Of a stretch of DNA of 64,000 nucleotides, positions 38,586 through 51,624 are shown piece after piece. The notes beneath the pieces were generated by a model. It did not search any database. It was given only the letters and a program-made list of their open reading frames with translations, and was not told where the DNA came from. A program made the translations under genes and the position numbers. Each line of letters opens with the position of its first letter. The first letter of the stretch is position 1. This DNA is from Octopus vulgaris (lineage: Eukaryota). The DNA lies in NCBI GenBank assembly GCA_951406725.2, contig OX597833.1, positions 43,028,001 to 43,092,000 of the forward strand. Direction: 5' to 3'.

Positions 38586-39518
38586 GTGGTGGTGGTGGTG
38601 GTGGTGGTGGTGGTGGTGGTGGTGGTTGTGGTTGTGGTGGTGGTGGTTGTGGTTGTGGTGGTGGTGGTTGTGGTGGTGGTGGTGGTGGTGGTGGTTGTGG
38701 TTGTGGTGGTTGTGGTAGTGGTGGTGGTGGTTGTGGTTGTGGTGGTTGTGGTGGTGGGTGGTGGTGGTGGTGGTGGTGGTGGTGGTGGTTGTGGTGGTGG
38801 TGGTTGGTGGTTGTGGTGGTGGTGGTGGTTGTGGTGGTGGTGGTTGTGGTGGTGGTGGTTGTGGTAGTGGTGGTGATGGTGGTGGTTGTGGCTGTGGTGG
38901 TGGTTGTGGTAGTAGCACAAAATAAATAGATCGAAAGTGAGAAAGAGATGGCTGGGAGTGAATTTGACGGAAAAAAAACAAAGAACGAGAAGTGAATGAG
39001 GGAAGTGGGACAGTGGGAAATAAATAAATAAATAAATAAACAAATAAATGAATGAATAAATAAATAAATAAATGAATGAATAAATAAGGTTATAAAGAAA
39101 GAGAGAAAAATAAATTGAAAACATGAAGTAAGAAAGGGGAATATATACAGGCGGAATTAAGATGTATAATAAGCAAATTATTACGGCCTCGTAAAATGTA
39201 TGTATGTATGTATGTATGTATGTATGTTTGTATGTATGTATGTTTGTATGTACGTATGTATGTATGTATGTACGTATGTATGTATGTATGTATGTATGTA
39301 TGTATGTATGTATGTATGTATGTATGTATGTGTGTGTGCAATGTGTGTATGTATGTATGTATGTATGTATGTATGTGTGTATGTATGTATGTATGTATGT
39401 ATGTGTGCAATTTGTGTATGTATGTATGTATGTATGTATGCATGTGTGCAATGTTTGTATGTATGTATGTATGTATGCATGTGTGCAATGTATGTATGTA
39501 TGTATGTATGTTTGTATG

Positions 39519-39552
<34 letters not shown>

Positions 39553-39622
39553 TGTATGTATGTATGTATGTATGTATGTATGTATGTATATATGTATGTA
39601 TGTTTGTATGTATGTATGGATG

Positions 39623-39655
<33 letters not shown>

Positions 39656-39660
39656 GTACA
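38586..39660. repeat. (GGT)n, (TAAA)n and (TATG)n microsatellite arrays
   Basis: Direct reading. Confidence 0.95.
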
Positions 39661-40514
39661 TATATGCATGTGTGCGAGTTAATATGTATCTATGTTATCT
39701 ACACAATGTTTTGTTTTTATAATTAATTCTTTGAATTCTTCCGATAATGTAAGGGTTTGGATATTAACAAAGAAAAAAAAATGCTTCATCGTTGAAATTT
39801 AGGATAATAAGAAGCATATTTTTTTAGAATTAGCTATTCCAATAGAAAACAACATTGATGCTGCTCAAGTTAGGAAAAACGAGGAGATTGCAAAAATGCT
39901 CGATGGAGTCAAATACACTTTCCTGTAAAAGTTGGATGTGGATATTTTTATTGGAAGCAGACTGTGATGGCGGCTGGTATTAATCGGCGTCACTCATCGT
40001 CAAACAAACGCCATTTTGAAATCCAGTCAACACCTGAGAGAGCTAGCCAATGGATACGGCTGAAGAGGAACGATGAAACCTGGTTGGAGAGGTGATGTGC
40101 TGGTGTGAGGAAGGTACGTATTTGCCTATATGGTAAGTCAGGTTGGCACGACTCCACAATTTCAATGGTGCTGGTGTTCCGGAAATGATTACTAGTCATT
40201 CGATTTGGTAGACAAGAGATCTAAGTGAGGTCGGTGGCAGTGCATTGTAAAACTGTCTAGAGGAAGATAATGTGCCGGTGGTGTTCTTGTACAGAAAGAC
40301 ATATACCCTATTGTCTCTCTGTCGAGAGGAAGGTCCCGAAGCGGTGCGCATTCTTCCCTGAAACCTGTTGGCGTCCAGTATACAGAATTGACGATTGAAT
40401 GCATTTGTACATGCAAACTGTTTTCAAGTCTCTTATGCATTCAGTTTGTAGAAGTATTATCTGGTCGTTTTCTTCGCCTCAAATGTCCCGCTTTTCGTAA
40501 TTACTGTTTATATT

Positions 40515-40800
40515 TGTATGTTCCTTCTCGAGCCATGTCTAGCTCATAAGGGCCGGTTTCCCGGTTTCCTTGGCGTATAGGTTCCCCACCTAGACGGGGC
40601 ACCAGTCCATCGCAGGTGAGCTGCAAGATGCAGAAGGAAAGAGTGAGAGAAAGTTGTGACGAAAGAGTCAGCAGAAGTTCGCCATTAGCTTCTGCCGGAG
40701 CTGCATGGAGCTTAGGTGTTTCGCTCATAAACACACACATTGCCCGGTCCCGGTCTGAGATTCGAATCCGCTGCTCTAACCACTAGGTCATGTGCCTCCG
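40515..40800 (-). mobile_element. SINE family C-related copy with a different 3' tail
   Basis: Head similar to 574-740; tail ctcataagggccggtttcccggtttcc shared with 62320-62535. Confidence 0.8.
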
Positions 40801-40869
40801 CTATTTACATTTAGACATATCAAATAAGTACAAATGTAAATATATAATCTGGATTGAGAAGATGTCAAT

Positions 40870-41510
40870 TTCTGGTCATTTGTTTATCTTTTACATGTTT
40901 TAGTCATTGGAAAGCGGCTAAAAATTGAGCACCGAAGTGCAGAGTTTTACTCGAATAAATTGACCCCAGTACTTCGTTATCTATTAGATCTAGTACTTAT
41001 TATATTAGTTCCTTTTGTAGAGCTTCTAAATGACCAGTTGTTAAGCAGTTGTGTGGGAACAAGCATAGGCACAAAAGAAACACACACACACACACATACA
41101 CACACACACACACATATATATATACGTATGTATGTGTGTGTACATATATATATGAGTGTGTGTGTGTGTATATATGTATTTTTGTGTCTGTGTTTTTCCC
41201 TCCACCATCGGTTGACAACCGATGTTGGCATGTTTACGTCGCTGTAACTTAGCAGTTCGGCAAGAGAGAACGATGGAATAAGTACTAGGCTTACAACGAA
41301 TAAGCTTCTAAATGACCGGTTATTAAGCGCTGGTGGGGAAGAAGCATAGGCATAAAACACACACACGCACACACACAACGCACACACACACACACACACA
41401 CACACACGGACTACAGTAGAAGAGACTTACTCACGAAGCCATGCAAATGGACTGAGCCCCAAACCACATGGTTGCAAAGTGAGCATCATAACCACACAGT
41501 CATGGCTGCC
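40870..41510. mobile_element. Rearranged degenerate SINE family B fragments
   Basis: ttgacaaccgatgttgg..gtaacttagcagttcggc (+) inside a minus-strand degenerate copy; agcttctaaatgacc..agcataggca duplicated. Confidence 0.65.
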
Positions 41511-41835
41511 CCTGTTGTTTGCCAATGAATATTCTCTTTCCCGTTACTTTTGACACAAATATTTTCAATAGCAGTGACGTTAACATCTGTAAGTAAACAT
41601 ATTTTTTTACTGTTGCATCTGAAACAACAACTCTATTACACTTGTTATGTTTTATTTGCATTTAGTCATTTTGAAACGAATGTTCCACTAAGGTTTCTTT
41701 TCTTGAATTGTATATATTTAACATCGGAAATATGTTCTATATTTTCCACGACCCAGTTTTCAGTAAGGATGACAGAGTATACTGTTTACGCAACACCGAG
41801 TCGCATCGGAAGATAATAAATAGTATAATGATATA

Positions 41836-42439
41836 GGGCGGCGAGCTCGCAGAACCGTTAGCACACCGGGCGAAATGCTTCGCGGTATTTCGTCTGCCGT
41901 TACGTTCTGAGTTCAAATTCCGCCGAGGTAGACTTTGCCTTTCATCCTTTCGGGGTCGATAAATTAAGTACCAGTTACGCACTGGGGTCGATGTAATCGA
42001 CTTAATCCGTTTGTCTGTCCTTGTTTGTCCCCTCTGTGTTTAGCCCCTTGTGGGTAGTAAAGAAATAGGTATTTCGTCTGCCGATACGTTCTGAGTTCAA
42101 ATTCCACCAAGGTCGACTTTGCCTTTCATCCTTTCGGGGTCGATAAATTAAGTACCAGTTACACACTAGGGTCGATGTAATCGACTTAATCCGTTTGTCT
42201 GTCCTTGTTTGTCCCCTCTGTGTTTAGCCCCTTGTGGGTAGTAAAGAAATAGGTATTTCGTCTGCCATTACGTTCTGAGTTCAAATTCCGCCGAGGTTGA
42301 CTTTGCCTTTCATCCTTTCGGGGTCGATAAATTAAGTACCAGTTACGCACTGGGGTCGATGTAATCGACTTAATCCGTTTGTTTGTCCTTGTTTGTCCCC
42401 TCTGTGTTTAGCCCCTTGTGGGTAGTAAATAAATAAATA
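41836..42439 (+). mobile_element. SINE family A trimer with TSD
   Basis: Three ~183-bp units; 20-bp TSD aataaatagtataatgatat at 41815-41834 and 42440-42459. Confidence 0.93.
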
Positions 42440-42474
42440 AATAAATAGTATAATGATATTTTTAGGCAGCTACC

Positions 42475-42707
42475 TATTTCTTTACTACCCACAAAGGGCT
42501 AAACACAGAAGGAACAAACAAGGACAGACAAACGGATTAAGTCGATTATATCGACCCTAGTGCGTAACTGGTACTTAGTTTATCGACCCTGAAAGGATGA
42601 AAGGCAAAGTCGACCTCGGCGGAATTTGAACTCAGAACGTAAAGACAGACGAAATACCGCTAAGCATTTCGCCCGGCGAGCTAACGTCTCTGGCCAGCTC
42701 ACCGCCT
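42475..42707 (-). mobile_element. SINE family A monomer with TSD
   Basis: 18-bp TSD tatttttaggcagctacc at 42457-42474 and 42708-42725. Confidence 0.93.
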
Positions 42708-43982
42708 TATTTTTAGGCAGCTACCGATCACAACATGAGTAACTTTTTCCACAGATTTATGACATAATGGCGTCGGCATTTCGATTGCGTCGCTGTGGGT
42801 TTAAGCTTTTCACTGCCATTCTATTCAGTACGTATTATGCAGTTATCGACTGCTCTCGTAATGGCAAAAGACCAACTCTGAAAACGTGACGTAATATATA
42901 TATCAGTTAAAAGAAATTTCACTTCCTGTCAATATTAGCACCATTCTCAAGTTCACTGGAAGTATGCCCATACGTAGCTTTATATAGGTACGCGGTGTTT
43001 AAATTGTCTTTCTTGAGGTACGCTTGTCTAGTAATTCTGGGGTCAAAAATAACGTAATTGAAAATTGAGTACACCTTGAAAAGATCACTGCTGACTTATA
43101 TTATGTTATTCTCTTCACTTTCGAGCAATTGTTTAATGCATGTGGTTTTGATATTGTTTAGTTAAGTAAATGCTTTCTTTCTAAGTGATACCGTACGACA
43201 GCCAGAAGCTGCCTGGTCTTATAACAAACCTACTTTGTTCACAGCACCGTTATAAGATGCATTTTCATTAGAACCTAGATATCTGTAGCACTCAATGTGC
43301 AGAACAAGAGAGATGAAAAGATTGTTAATGTAATGGGCTTTTGGTTTCGGGAAGTAATTTTCGTGCACTCAAATATCAAATATGAATATTTCTTTTGGTC
43401 ACATACATCTGTATATCAGCTGAAACAGCTGAAAATGCTGCCATTAGATTCTGTTATTTCTCAACATCGTACATATTTACTGTGTATATCTTTAAACTGT
43501 CAACAAAGAAATTGTAGTTTACATTAATATTTCTTCCTGTTGTAGAACCTAGTTTTGGGGAAAAGAAAATGACAGCGGATTTAATGCCAAAATAAACAGT
43601 AGCACAGACAGACTGTCTGACTGGAATAATGCTATGCATGTATGTATGTATGTATGTATGTATGTATGTATGTATGTATGTATGTATGTATGTATGTATA
43701 TATGTATGTATGTGTCTATGTGTGAATTTATGTCTATAAGTATGTATTTGTGTACGTATATTTATGTATGTTTGTATGTGCTTGCGTGTGTACAAACATA
43801 CCCAAACGTATTCACTGGCATACATGTTTGTATAAATATACTTACATGCCTATGTTATTAGTACATTTGTGTGCGTGTGTGTATCTATCTATCTATCTAA
43901 CTATCTATCTATCTATCTATCTATCTATCCATCCATCCATCCATCCATCCATCCATCCATCCATCCGTCCGTCCGTCCGTCC

Positions 43983-44066
<84 letters not shown>

Positions 44067-44406
44067 GCACGTTCACATAAACACACACACACACACGCGC
44101 ACACACACACACACACACACACACATGCAAATAAGTGAATATATTTATATGCAATTTTCCCCGTTTTTTAATTATTTGAATTCTTCTTGCCGGGAAGGAT
44201 CAGGTTTCTCACAAAATATCTTGAATAGTTTTACTGTTCTGCTTATTGTATGTACTTTATGCATGTCTCTATATGTGTACAAATATCATTATATATGTAT
44301 TTTCATATAGATTTTACTCTTGTAATGATTCCATCAAGTTGACTTGGACCATACTGTGTTTTACTATCATCAATTCTAATGCAAGTTTCAACTAATAAAC
44401 GAACAA

Positions 44407-44813
44407 GGCGCAGTAGTGGCTTTGTGGTAAGTAGCTTGCTTACCAGCCACATGGTTCTAGGTTGAGTCCCACTGCGTGGCGCTTTGGGCAAGTGTCTTCT
44501 ACAATAGTCTCGGGCCGACCAAAGCCTTGTGAGAGGATTTGGTTGACGGAAACTGAAAGAAGCCCGTCGTATATATGTATATGATTATATATATGTTTGT
44601 ATTTGTGTCTCTTTTTGTCCCCCCAACATCGCTTGACAACTGATGCTGGTGTGTTTACATCCCCGTAACTTAGCGGTTCGGCAAAAGGGACCGATAGAAT
44701 AAGTACTAGGCTTACAAAGAATATGTCCTGGGGTCGATTTGCTCGACAGAAGGCGGTGCTCCAGCATGGCCGCAGTCAAATGACTGAAACAAGTAAAAGA
44801 GTAAAAGAGTAAA
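44407..44813 (+). mobile_element. SINE family B, full length
   Basis: Complete head, core and gtaaaaga-repeat tail. Confidence 0.93.
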
Positions 44814-45686
44814 GGCAACTTCCTTCAAAGTTTTCTCTTGCCGCGATGAAAATACATTCAGATTCATACACTTATAGAACATTTAAATGTTCTTTGAAAG
44901 TATTGACGTCTACTCTAAATAAATCTCTGATGTTTTTCAGCGTAGGTGAGCATAGAACTAAGGTCTTTTGAACAAACTAATGGATAATTGCCACTGACGA
45001 AGCTCAAAAAATCAGGAACATGTATCTAACAATACCACTGTTGCGTCTGGATGATTTTCACCTGCTCCACATACAAGTCTATGTTTTTACTATACGTCCT
45101 TAAGTGGTACTTTCTCGAGACGAATACTGCAATATAGCAAGCTTTCAACAATATATCTGCTTTCAGTATGATATAAAGATTGTTATTTTGAATCAATACT
45201 GCTATTGTCGCAAATAACGGATTATTGTTACTGTGATTAGTCCTAAAGTAAGAGGAAGAGGGAATATACTTAACACTATGCAGTAACATCCAGTTTAGAG
45301 ATTTACAAAACTTTCAAGGCCGTAGTTTGGTGATAGTCTTTCTAAGAACTTCTAAATATAAACTACTGCATACCTTTACTTTCTTTGCTCCAGAATGCGA
45401 AGTTTTCAGTCTCTCGTTGTGTTTCAGATGCTGCACAGAAGCAATCTAATTTATATAGGACAGTTGGATCGCTTCCAGTTCAGCTGTTTGTTGGCGACAC
45501 CGAGGAGTAATATCAGAAAGTGAGAACATCATGATCACAAATTGAAGAAGTTACACGTACACTCACTAGCTATACTGGATGTAAAGTGATCCTTATTGTA
45601 ACACCGTATCGTATCTAGTGACAATCCCGACCACCTTAAAGAGACGTTATTATATGTATGAGTTTATTATTTTTCAGTTGACACAA

Positions 45687-46483
45687 AGGCGGCGAGTTGG
45701 CAGAAACGTTAGCACGCCGGGCGAAATGCGTAGCCGTATTTCGTCTGCCGTTATGTTCCGAGTTCAAATTCCGCCGAGGTCGACTTTGCCTTTCATCCTT
45801 TCGGCGTCGATTAAATAAGTACCAGTTACGCACTGGGGTCGATATAATCGATTTAATCCGTTTGTCTGTCCTTGTTTGTCCTCTCTGTTTATCCCCTTGT
45901 GGGTAGTAAAGAAATAGGTATTTCGTCTGTTGCTACGTTCTGAGTTCAAATTCCGCCGAGTACGATTTTTCCTTTCATCCTTTCGTGGTCGATAAATTAA
46001 GTACCAGTTACGCACTGGAGTCGATGTAATCGACTTAATTCCTTTCTCTGTTTTTGTTTGACCTCTCTGTGTTTAGCCCCTTGTGGGTAATAAAGAAACA
46101 GGTATTTCGTCTGCCATTACATTCTGAGTTCAAATTCCGCCGAGGTCGACTTTACCTTTCATCCTTACAGGGTTGATAAACTAAGTACCAGTTACGCACT
46201 GGGGTCGATGCAATCGACATAATCCCTTTGTCTGTCCTTATTTGTCCCCTCTATGTTTAGCCGCTTCTGGGCAAGAAGGAAATAAGAATCGTTAACACAC
46301 CGGGCAAAATGCTTAGCGGCATTTCGTCCGTCTTCACGTTCTGAGTTCAAATTCCGCATGGGGTCGACTTTGCCTTTCATCCTTTTGAGGTCGATAAATT
46401 AAGCACCAGTGAAACACTGGGATCGATGTAATCGACTAGTTCCCTCCCCCAAAATTTCAGGCCTTGTGCCTGTAGTAGAAAGG
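45687..46483 (+). mobile_element. SINE family A composite tetramer with TSD
   Basis: Three units with one tail type and one unit with the alternative tail; TSD attattttt(c)agttgacaca at 45666-45685 and 46484-46502. Confidence 0.9.
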
Positions 46484-46689
46484 ATTATTTTTAGTTGACA
46501 CACATTAAAGCACGCAAAGCAGCTCAAGGCCACGAATACATGTGCTTAGATGTTAAAAGTTAAAACATCTATCACAACATTGACGTTCTCGTTTTGAATA
46601 CAACTCACTCATATACGAATACACATACAGGCACACATTGAGTAAAACATAAACAAACACTGGTATCCCACCCTCATATATTCACTCAG

Positions 46690-47074
46690 TGGAGGCGCAA
46701 TGGCCCAGTGGTTAGGGCAGCGGACTCGCGGTCGTAGGATCGCGGTTTCGATTTCCAGACCGGGCGTTGTGAGTGTTTATTGAGTGAAAACACCTAAAGC
46801 TCCACGAGGCTCCGGCAGGGGTGGTGGTGATCCCTGCTGTACTCTTTCACCACAACTTTCTCTCACTCTTACTTCCTGTTTCTGTTGTACCTGTATTTCA
46901 AAGGGCCGGCCTTGTCACTCTCTGTGTCACGCTGAATATCCCCGAGAACTACGTTAAGGGTACGCGTGTCTGTGGAGTGCTCAGCCACTTACACGTTAAT
47001 TTCAGGAGCAGGCTGTTCCGTTAATCGGATCAACCGGAACCCTCGTCGTCGTAACCGACGGAGTGCTTCCATCC
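46690..47074 (+). mobile_element. tRNA-derived SINE family C, full length with TSD
   Basis: A box tggcccagtgg, B-box-like gtttcgatttcc; TSD atattcactca at 46678-46688 and 47075-47085. Confidence 0.92.
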
Positions 47075-47174
47075 ATATTCACTCAAAGCTGATAATTTAC
47101 TCTGTCAATATCCAGAATTCTCACTTTTCGTTAAATAGTGAAATTCTTTTAATGACAAAATTAAGAGCGATGTA

Positions 47175-47395
47175 TGATAGCTGGGCGAAATGCTTAGCGA
47201 TATTTCGTCTGCTGTTACGTTCTGAGTACAAATTCCACCGAGGTCGACTTTGTCCTTCATCCTATCGGGGTCGAGTAAATAAGTACTTGTTACGCACTGG
47301 GTCGATATAATCGACTCAATCCCTTTGTCTGTTGCTCGACTAAAGGCGGTGCTCCAGTATGGCTGCAGTGCAATGACTGAAAGAAGCAAAAGAAA
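47175..47395 (+). mobile_element. Chimeric SINE: family A body fused to family B tail
   Basis: Family A sequence to ..ccctttgtctg then ttgctcgactaaaggcggtgctccag of family B. Confidence 0.75.
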
Positions 47396-47484
47396 AAATA
47401 TGCACGCTCAAATGCTAGTTGTGTGGGTTAAAAGACTGGCGTTACAGAAATAGAGTTTGCCTCAAGGGTTCACAAGTTGGTGTT

Positions 47485-48135
47485 GTGTCTTTTCACTCGA
47501 CGTCACTTCATCAAACGTCTTTTCGTCCACGTCTTTTCGTCCGACGTCTTTTTGTTCGATGATTTTTTTTCTCCAACGAGAAATCCTATCGAAAAATTTC
47601 TCGAGTGGCTGTGTGGTAAGTAGCTTGTTTACCAACCACATGATTCTAGGTTGAGTCCCACTGCGTGGCACCTTGGTCAAGTATATTCTACTATAGCCTC
47701 GGGTCGACCAAAGCCTTGTGAGTGGATTTGGTAGACGGAAACTGAAAGAATCCCGTAATATATATATATATGTATATATATGTGTGTTTGTGTTTGTCCC
47801 CTCCAACATCGTTTGACAACCGATGCTGGTGTGTTTACGTCCCCGTAACTTAGCGGTTCGGCAAAAGAGACCGATGGAATAAGTACTAGGCTTACAAAGA
47901 ATAAGTCCTGGGGTCGATTTGCTCGACAGAAGGCGGTGCTCCAGCATGGCCGCAGTCAAATGAGTGCAACAAGTAAAAGAGCAATGATTATTTGACTTTG
48001 ATGTCCACCTTGTTCTCGAAAGAGTGTATTTAAAATTGGACAAAAAATTGTTGGACAAAAAAAAATCGTAGGACCAAAAGACGCGGACCAAAGACGTTGG
48101 ACAATGAAACATCGGACGAAAAGTCGGGTCACGCA
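47485..48135. mobile_element. MITE-like element with inverted arrays of ~15-bp subrepeats, interrupted by a SINE B
   Basis: acgtcttttcgtcc repeats on the left and ggacgaaaag/ggaccaaaagacg repeats on the right. Confidence 0.6.
47603..47981 (+). mobile_element. SINE family B
   Basis: Near-identical to 44407-44813. Confidence 0.93.
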
Positions 48136-48419
48136 CAAGTTTTAAGGGATTAAACGGTTGATTATATCGGACCCAATCCTGGAAATATGAAATGCAATGT
48201 CGACCTCGATGGAATTTAAAAGTCAAAACGCGCAAAGATTTCAAACAGGGTAACTCAAAATAATCTGTCTGCCATTTTGAAAATATATCAAAAAAGAAGA
48301 AAAATCAAAATATCAGTAAGAACAGACTATCTTGTCTATCCATAGAATAATATATCTATGACGTCGGAAGATTCAGAAGATTCTAACGATGGGATTTTGA
48401 AGAGATGATGGGGATGTTT

Positions 48420-48735
48420 GAGGTAGTAGGTAGTGTTGTTGGTGGTGGTGGTCTAGGTAGTGGTAGCGATGGTGGGGGTGACGATAGTAGAAGTGGTGGC
48501 GGTGGTGGTGATGGTTTTGCAATGAGAGTGATGGTGGTGGGAGTTATGCTAGTGGTGGTGATGGTGAGTAATGGCGGTGGTTGTGACCGTAGGAGTGTAG
48601 GCGATGCTAGCGGCGGCGATGTGAGTGGCGGTGACGTACGTGGCGGCGACGGGCGCGGCGGTGACGGCGGCAGCAGTGGTGGCGGTGATGGTGGCATTGG
48701 CGGCGGTGATGGCGATGGCGGCGGTGGCGATGTTG
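48420..48735. repeat. (GGT/GGC)-rich low-complexity tract
   Basis: Direct reading. Confidence 0.85.
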
Positions 48736-48932
48736 CTGGAACTGGCAGAGGTGACAGGAGAGGGGCAAAGAAATGGAAACTAGTGGAAGGGCAGTTATAA
48801 GCATTGGATTTATGTATTTATTCATTGTAGACTTTTGGTTTTCTGTTTGACTGCCAAACTTTAGACGGGGTGAATGAGTGTGAGCGTCTCAGACTGGACG
48901 TTGTGTATGTATGACTCTGTGTGTGCGTGTGT

Positions 48933-48980
<48 letters not shown>

Positions 48981-49365
48981 TCTTTTTGAGATTGTATGTA
49001 CGTGTGCATAAGAGTGTGTTCATGTGTGTAGGTGTAAACGGGTGTGATTGACATGGGTATCACAGACACATACACACACCTATATATAAACACACAAATG
49101 TATATACACGCACACCCACATATATACATACACCACATGTACACATATGTGTTTGAGCGCATGTAGACTTTGTTTATGTGTGTGGGTGCGTTTGTGTGTG
49201 TATATGAGTGTATGTGTGTTTATATGTGTGTATATATATGTATATTAATAGTACTCGTATTTGCATTTCGGAATATATATATGTACTTTTAGAATTGTAC
49301 TTCTATATATGAGTCTGTATTTTGTGTACAAAGACAAGCTGCTAAACATTCATACACAAGGATAC

Positions 49366-49507
<142 letters not shown>

Positions 49508-49945
49508 TCAGACACACAAGCACAATCTCAGACACACTCACACGCACACCACACACGAATACACTCATACATATACACACATATAGCACATACAGACACG
49601 CGAACACATATTTTGCTAGAGGTAGCTAACTTGCAGACATCTGTTTAGTTCACGCGGTGCATGCAAGTACAGCCTCGATGTAACACGAGCAGACGCCTCG
49701 ATCGGGCGACGTGTGACTGCAGCTCTTTCACAGTCTAATGTACTACTAAAAATGACAAACACACACACACACATACATGCATACACACAGAACACATTTC
49801 TCTCTCTCTCTCACACCCACCCATACACACACGCCCACTCCAACACAAATATCCAGTTTTATACAGAAAAATATTATTCGATATCGTATTGTCTGTAAGA
49901 TGTCCTTTATGATATTTACTGAGTGAATCCTCTTTATTCATTCAT

Positions 49946-50000
<55 letters not shown>

Positions 50001-50076
50001 CATACACACACACATATATATATACATAAACATACATATATATTTGTATATATACATACCTACGTATATATATATA

Positions 50077-50272
50077 CTTTATTTAAAAGCAGCAGAAATA
50101 TAACAAAAGCTGTTACTCAGAGTTTCACATTCCCGACGAACGGGAACGTGAAACTCCGAGTAACAGCTTTTGTTATATTTCTGCTGCTTTTAAATAAAGC
50201 ATATTACTCTACCTCTGGTATTTGAATACTCATTTTTCTACCTTGTTTCACATTTATGTCCTTACTCCGGTA
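50077..50272 (+). mobile_element. Fold-back PLE-like terminus (arms 50077-50135 / 50141-50199) with an HHR motif at the junction
   Basis: CCGACGA-ACG-GGAA-CGU-GAAAC-UCCGA-GUA^ACAG starting at 50133; TA-rich flanks. Confidence 0.75.
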
Positions 50273-50287
50273 TATATATATATATAT

Positions 50288-50699
50288 ACTCTTTTTACTC
50301 TTTACTCTTTTACTTGTTTCAGTCATTTGACTGCGGCCATGCTGGAGCACCACCTTTAGTCGAGCAACTCGACACCGGGACTTATTCTTTGTAAGCCCAG
50401 TACTTATTCTATCGGTCTCTTTTGCCGAACCGCTAAGTGACGGGGACGTAAACACACCAGCATCGGTTGTCAAGCAATGCTAGGGGGACAAACACAGACA
50501 CACAAACATACATATATATATACAGGCTTCTTTCAGTTTCCGTCTACCAAATCCACTCACAAGGCATTGGTCGGCCCGGGGCTATAGCAGAAGACACTTG
50601 CCCAAGATGCCACGCAGTGGACTGAACCCGGAACCATGTGGTTGGTTAGCAAGCTACTTACCACACAGCCACTCCTGCGCATATAGCCACTCCTGCGCC
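50288..50699 (-). mobile_element. SINE family B, full length, with a short 5' duplication
   Basis: Matches other copies; agccactcctgcgc occurs twice at the head. Confidence 0.93.
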
Positions 50700-50846
50700 T
50701 ATATTATATATATATATATATACTTATATATATATTTATATATATATATATTTATATATGTATGTATGCATGTATAATATATATATATATATGTATATAT
50801 TATATATATACAAATATATATTTATATATGTATGTATGCATGTATA

Positions 50847-50877
<31 letters not shown>

Positions 50878-51624
50878 TATATTTTATAGAGAGAGAGAGA
50901 GAGAGAGAGATATAGATGTGTACATAAAAATATAGCTCAAGGAATAACCCTTTTCTATGCGGCTGATAACAGTACTGAAGCTTTTAAATGCACGTTATGA
51001 AGTTAATACCTGGATGATATTAAATATGTGTGTGTATGCATGTTTGTACGTGTGTATGTATGTTTGTACGTGTGTATGCATCTGTGGGTGTATACAAAAA
51101 TGTATATATGTATACACATACGTATTGTACATCTTATGTGTATGTATTCATATTCATATAATAAATATATGCATACCTACACACACATCTAGATACATTT
51201 AACTATATACATGCATATATAAGTTTGCAGTGGAGTGCCTACATATACGAACGATTCTTTGAACGAACAAATTACGAGGAATTTTTCTAAAGAAGAAGGA
51301 GAAAGCTCATATAAAGTGTTGAAATTTAATTTGCGAACACCATATCCATTCGCTTACCAAACTGGAATGTGAACAAACCTGAAGCAGACCATGCACTCGT
51401 ATAACTGAAGGGAGAGCCTATACGAACAGTACTCTAAATACACAAATTATATTGCGAACAGCTGTCGTGAAGAAAATTATATTCAATTAAGGAGGTGAAA
51501 TTTGCAGTCATGTATAGGCTATGCACGCATTTAAATAGTTGTGTTGAGTATGCACAAACAGTTCGTTAAAGTCCGTGTATGCATTTTATGTCACTAACAA
51601 ATTTTTTTATTACATTTTTTATGC

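Noticed and set aside
41836-42439. CRISPR-like regular repeats
   Set aside because: Units are ~183-bp SINE copies without unique spacers, in a eukaryotic context with no cas genes.
44930-45525. Candidate splice acceptor/donor pairs and a possible hAT-like remnant
   Set aside because: In-frame stop in the ATG frame, a 5-nt exon size and weak similarity; consistent with chance.
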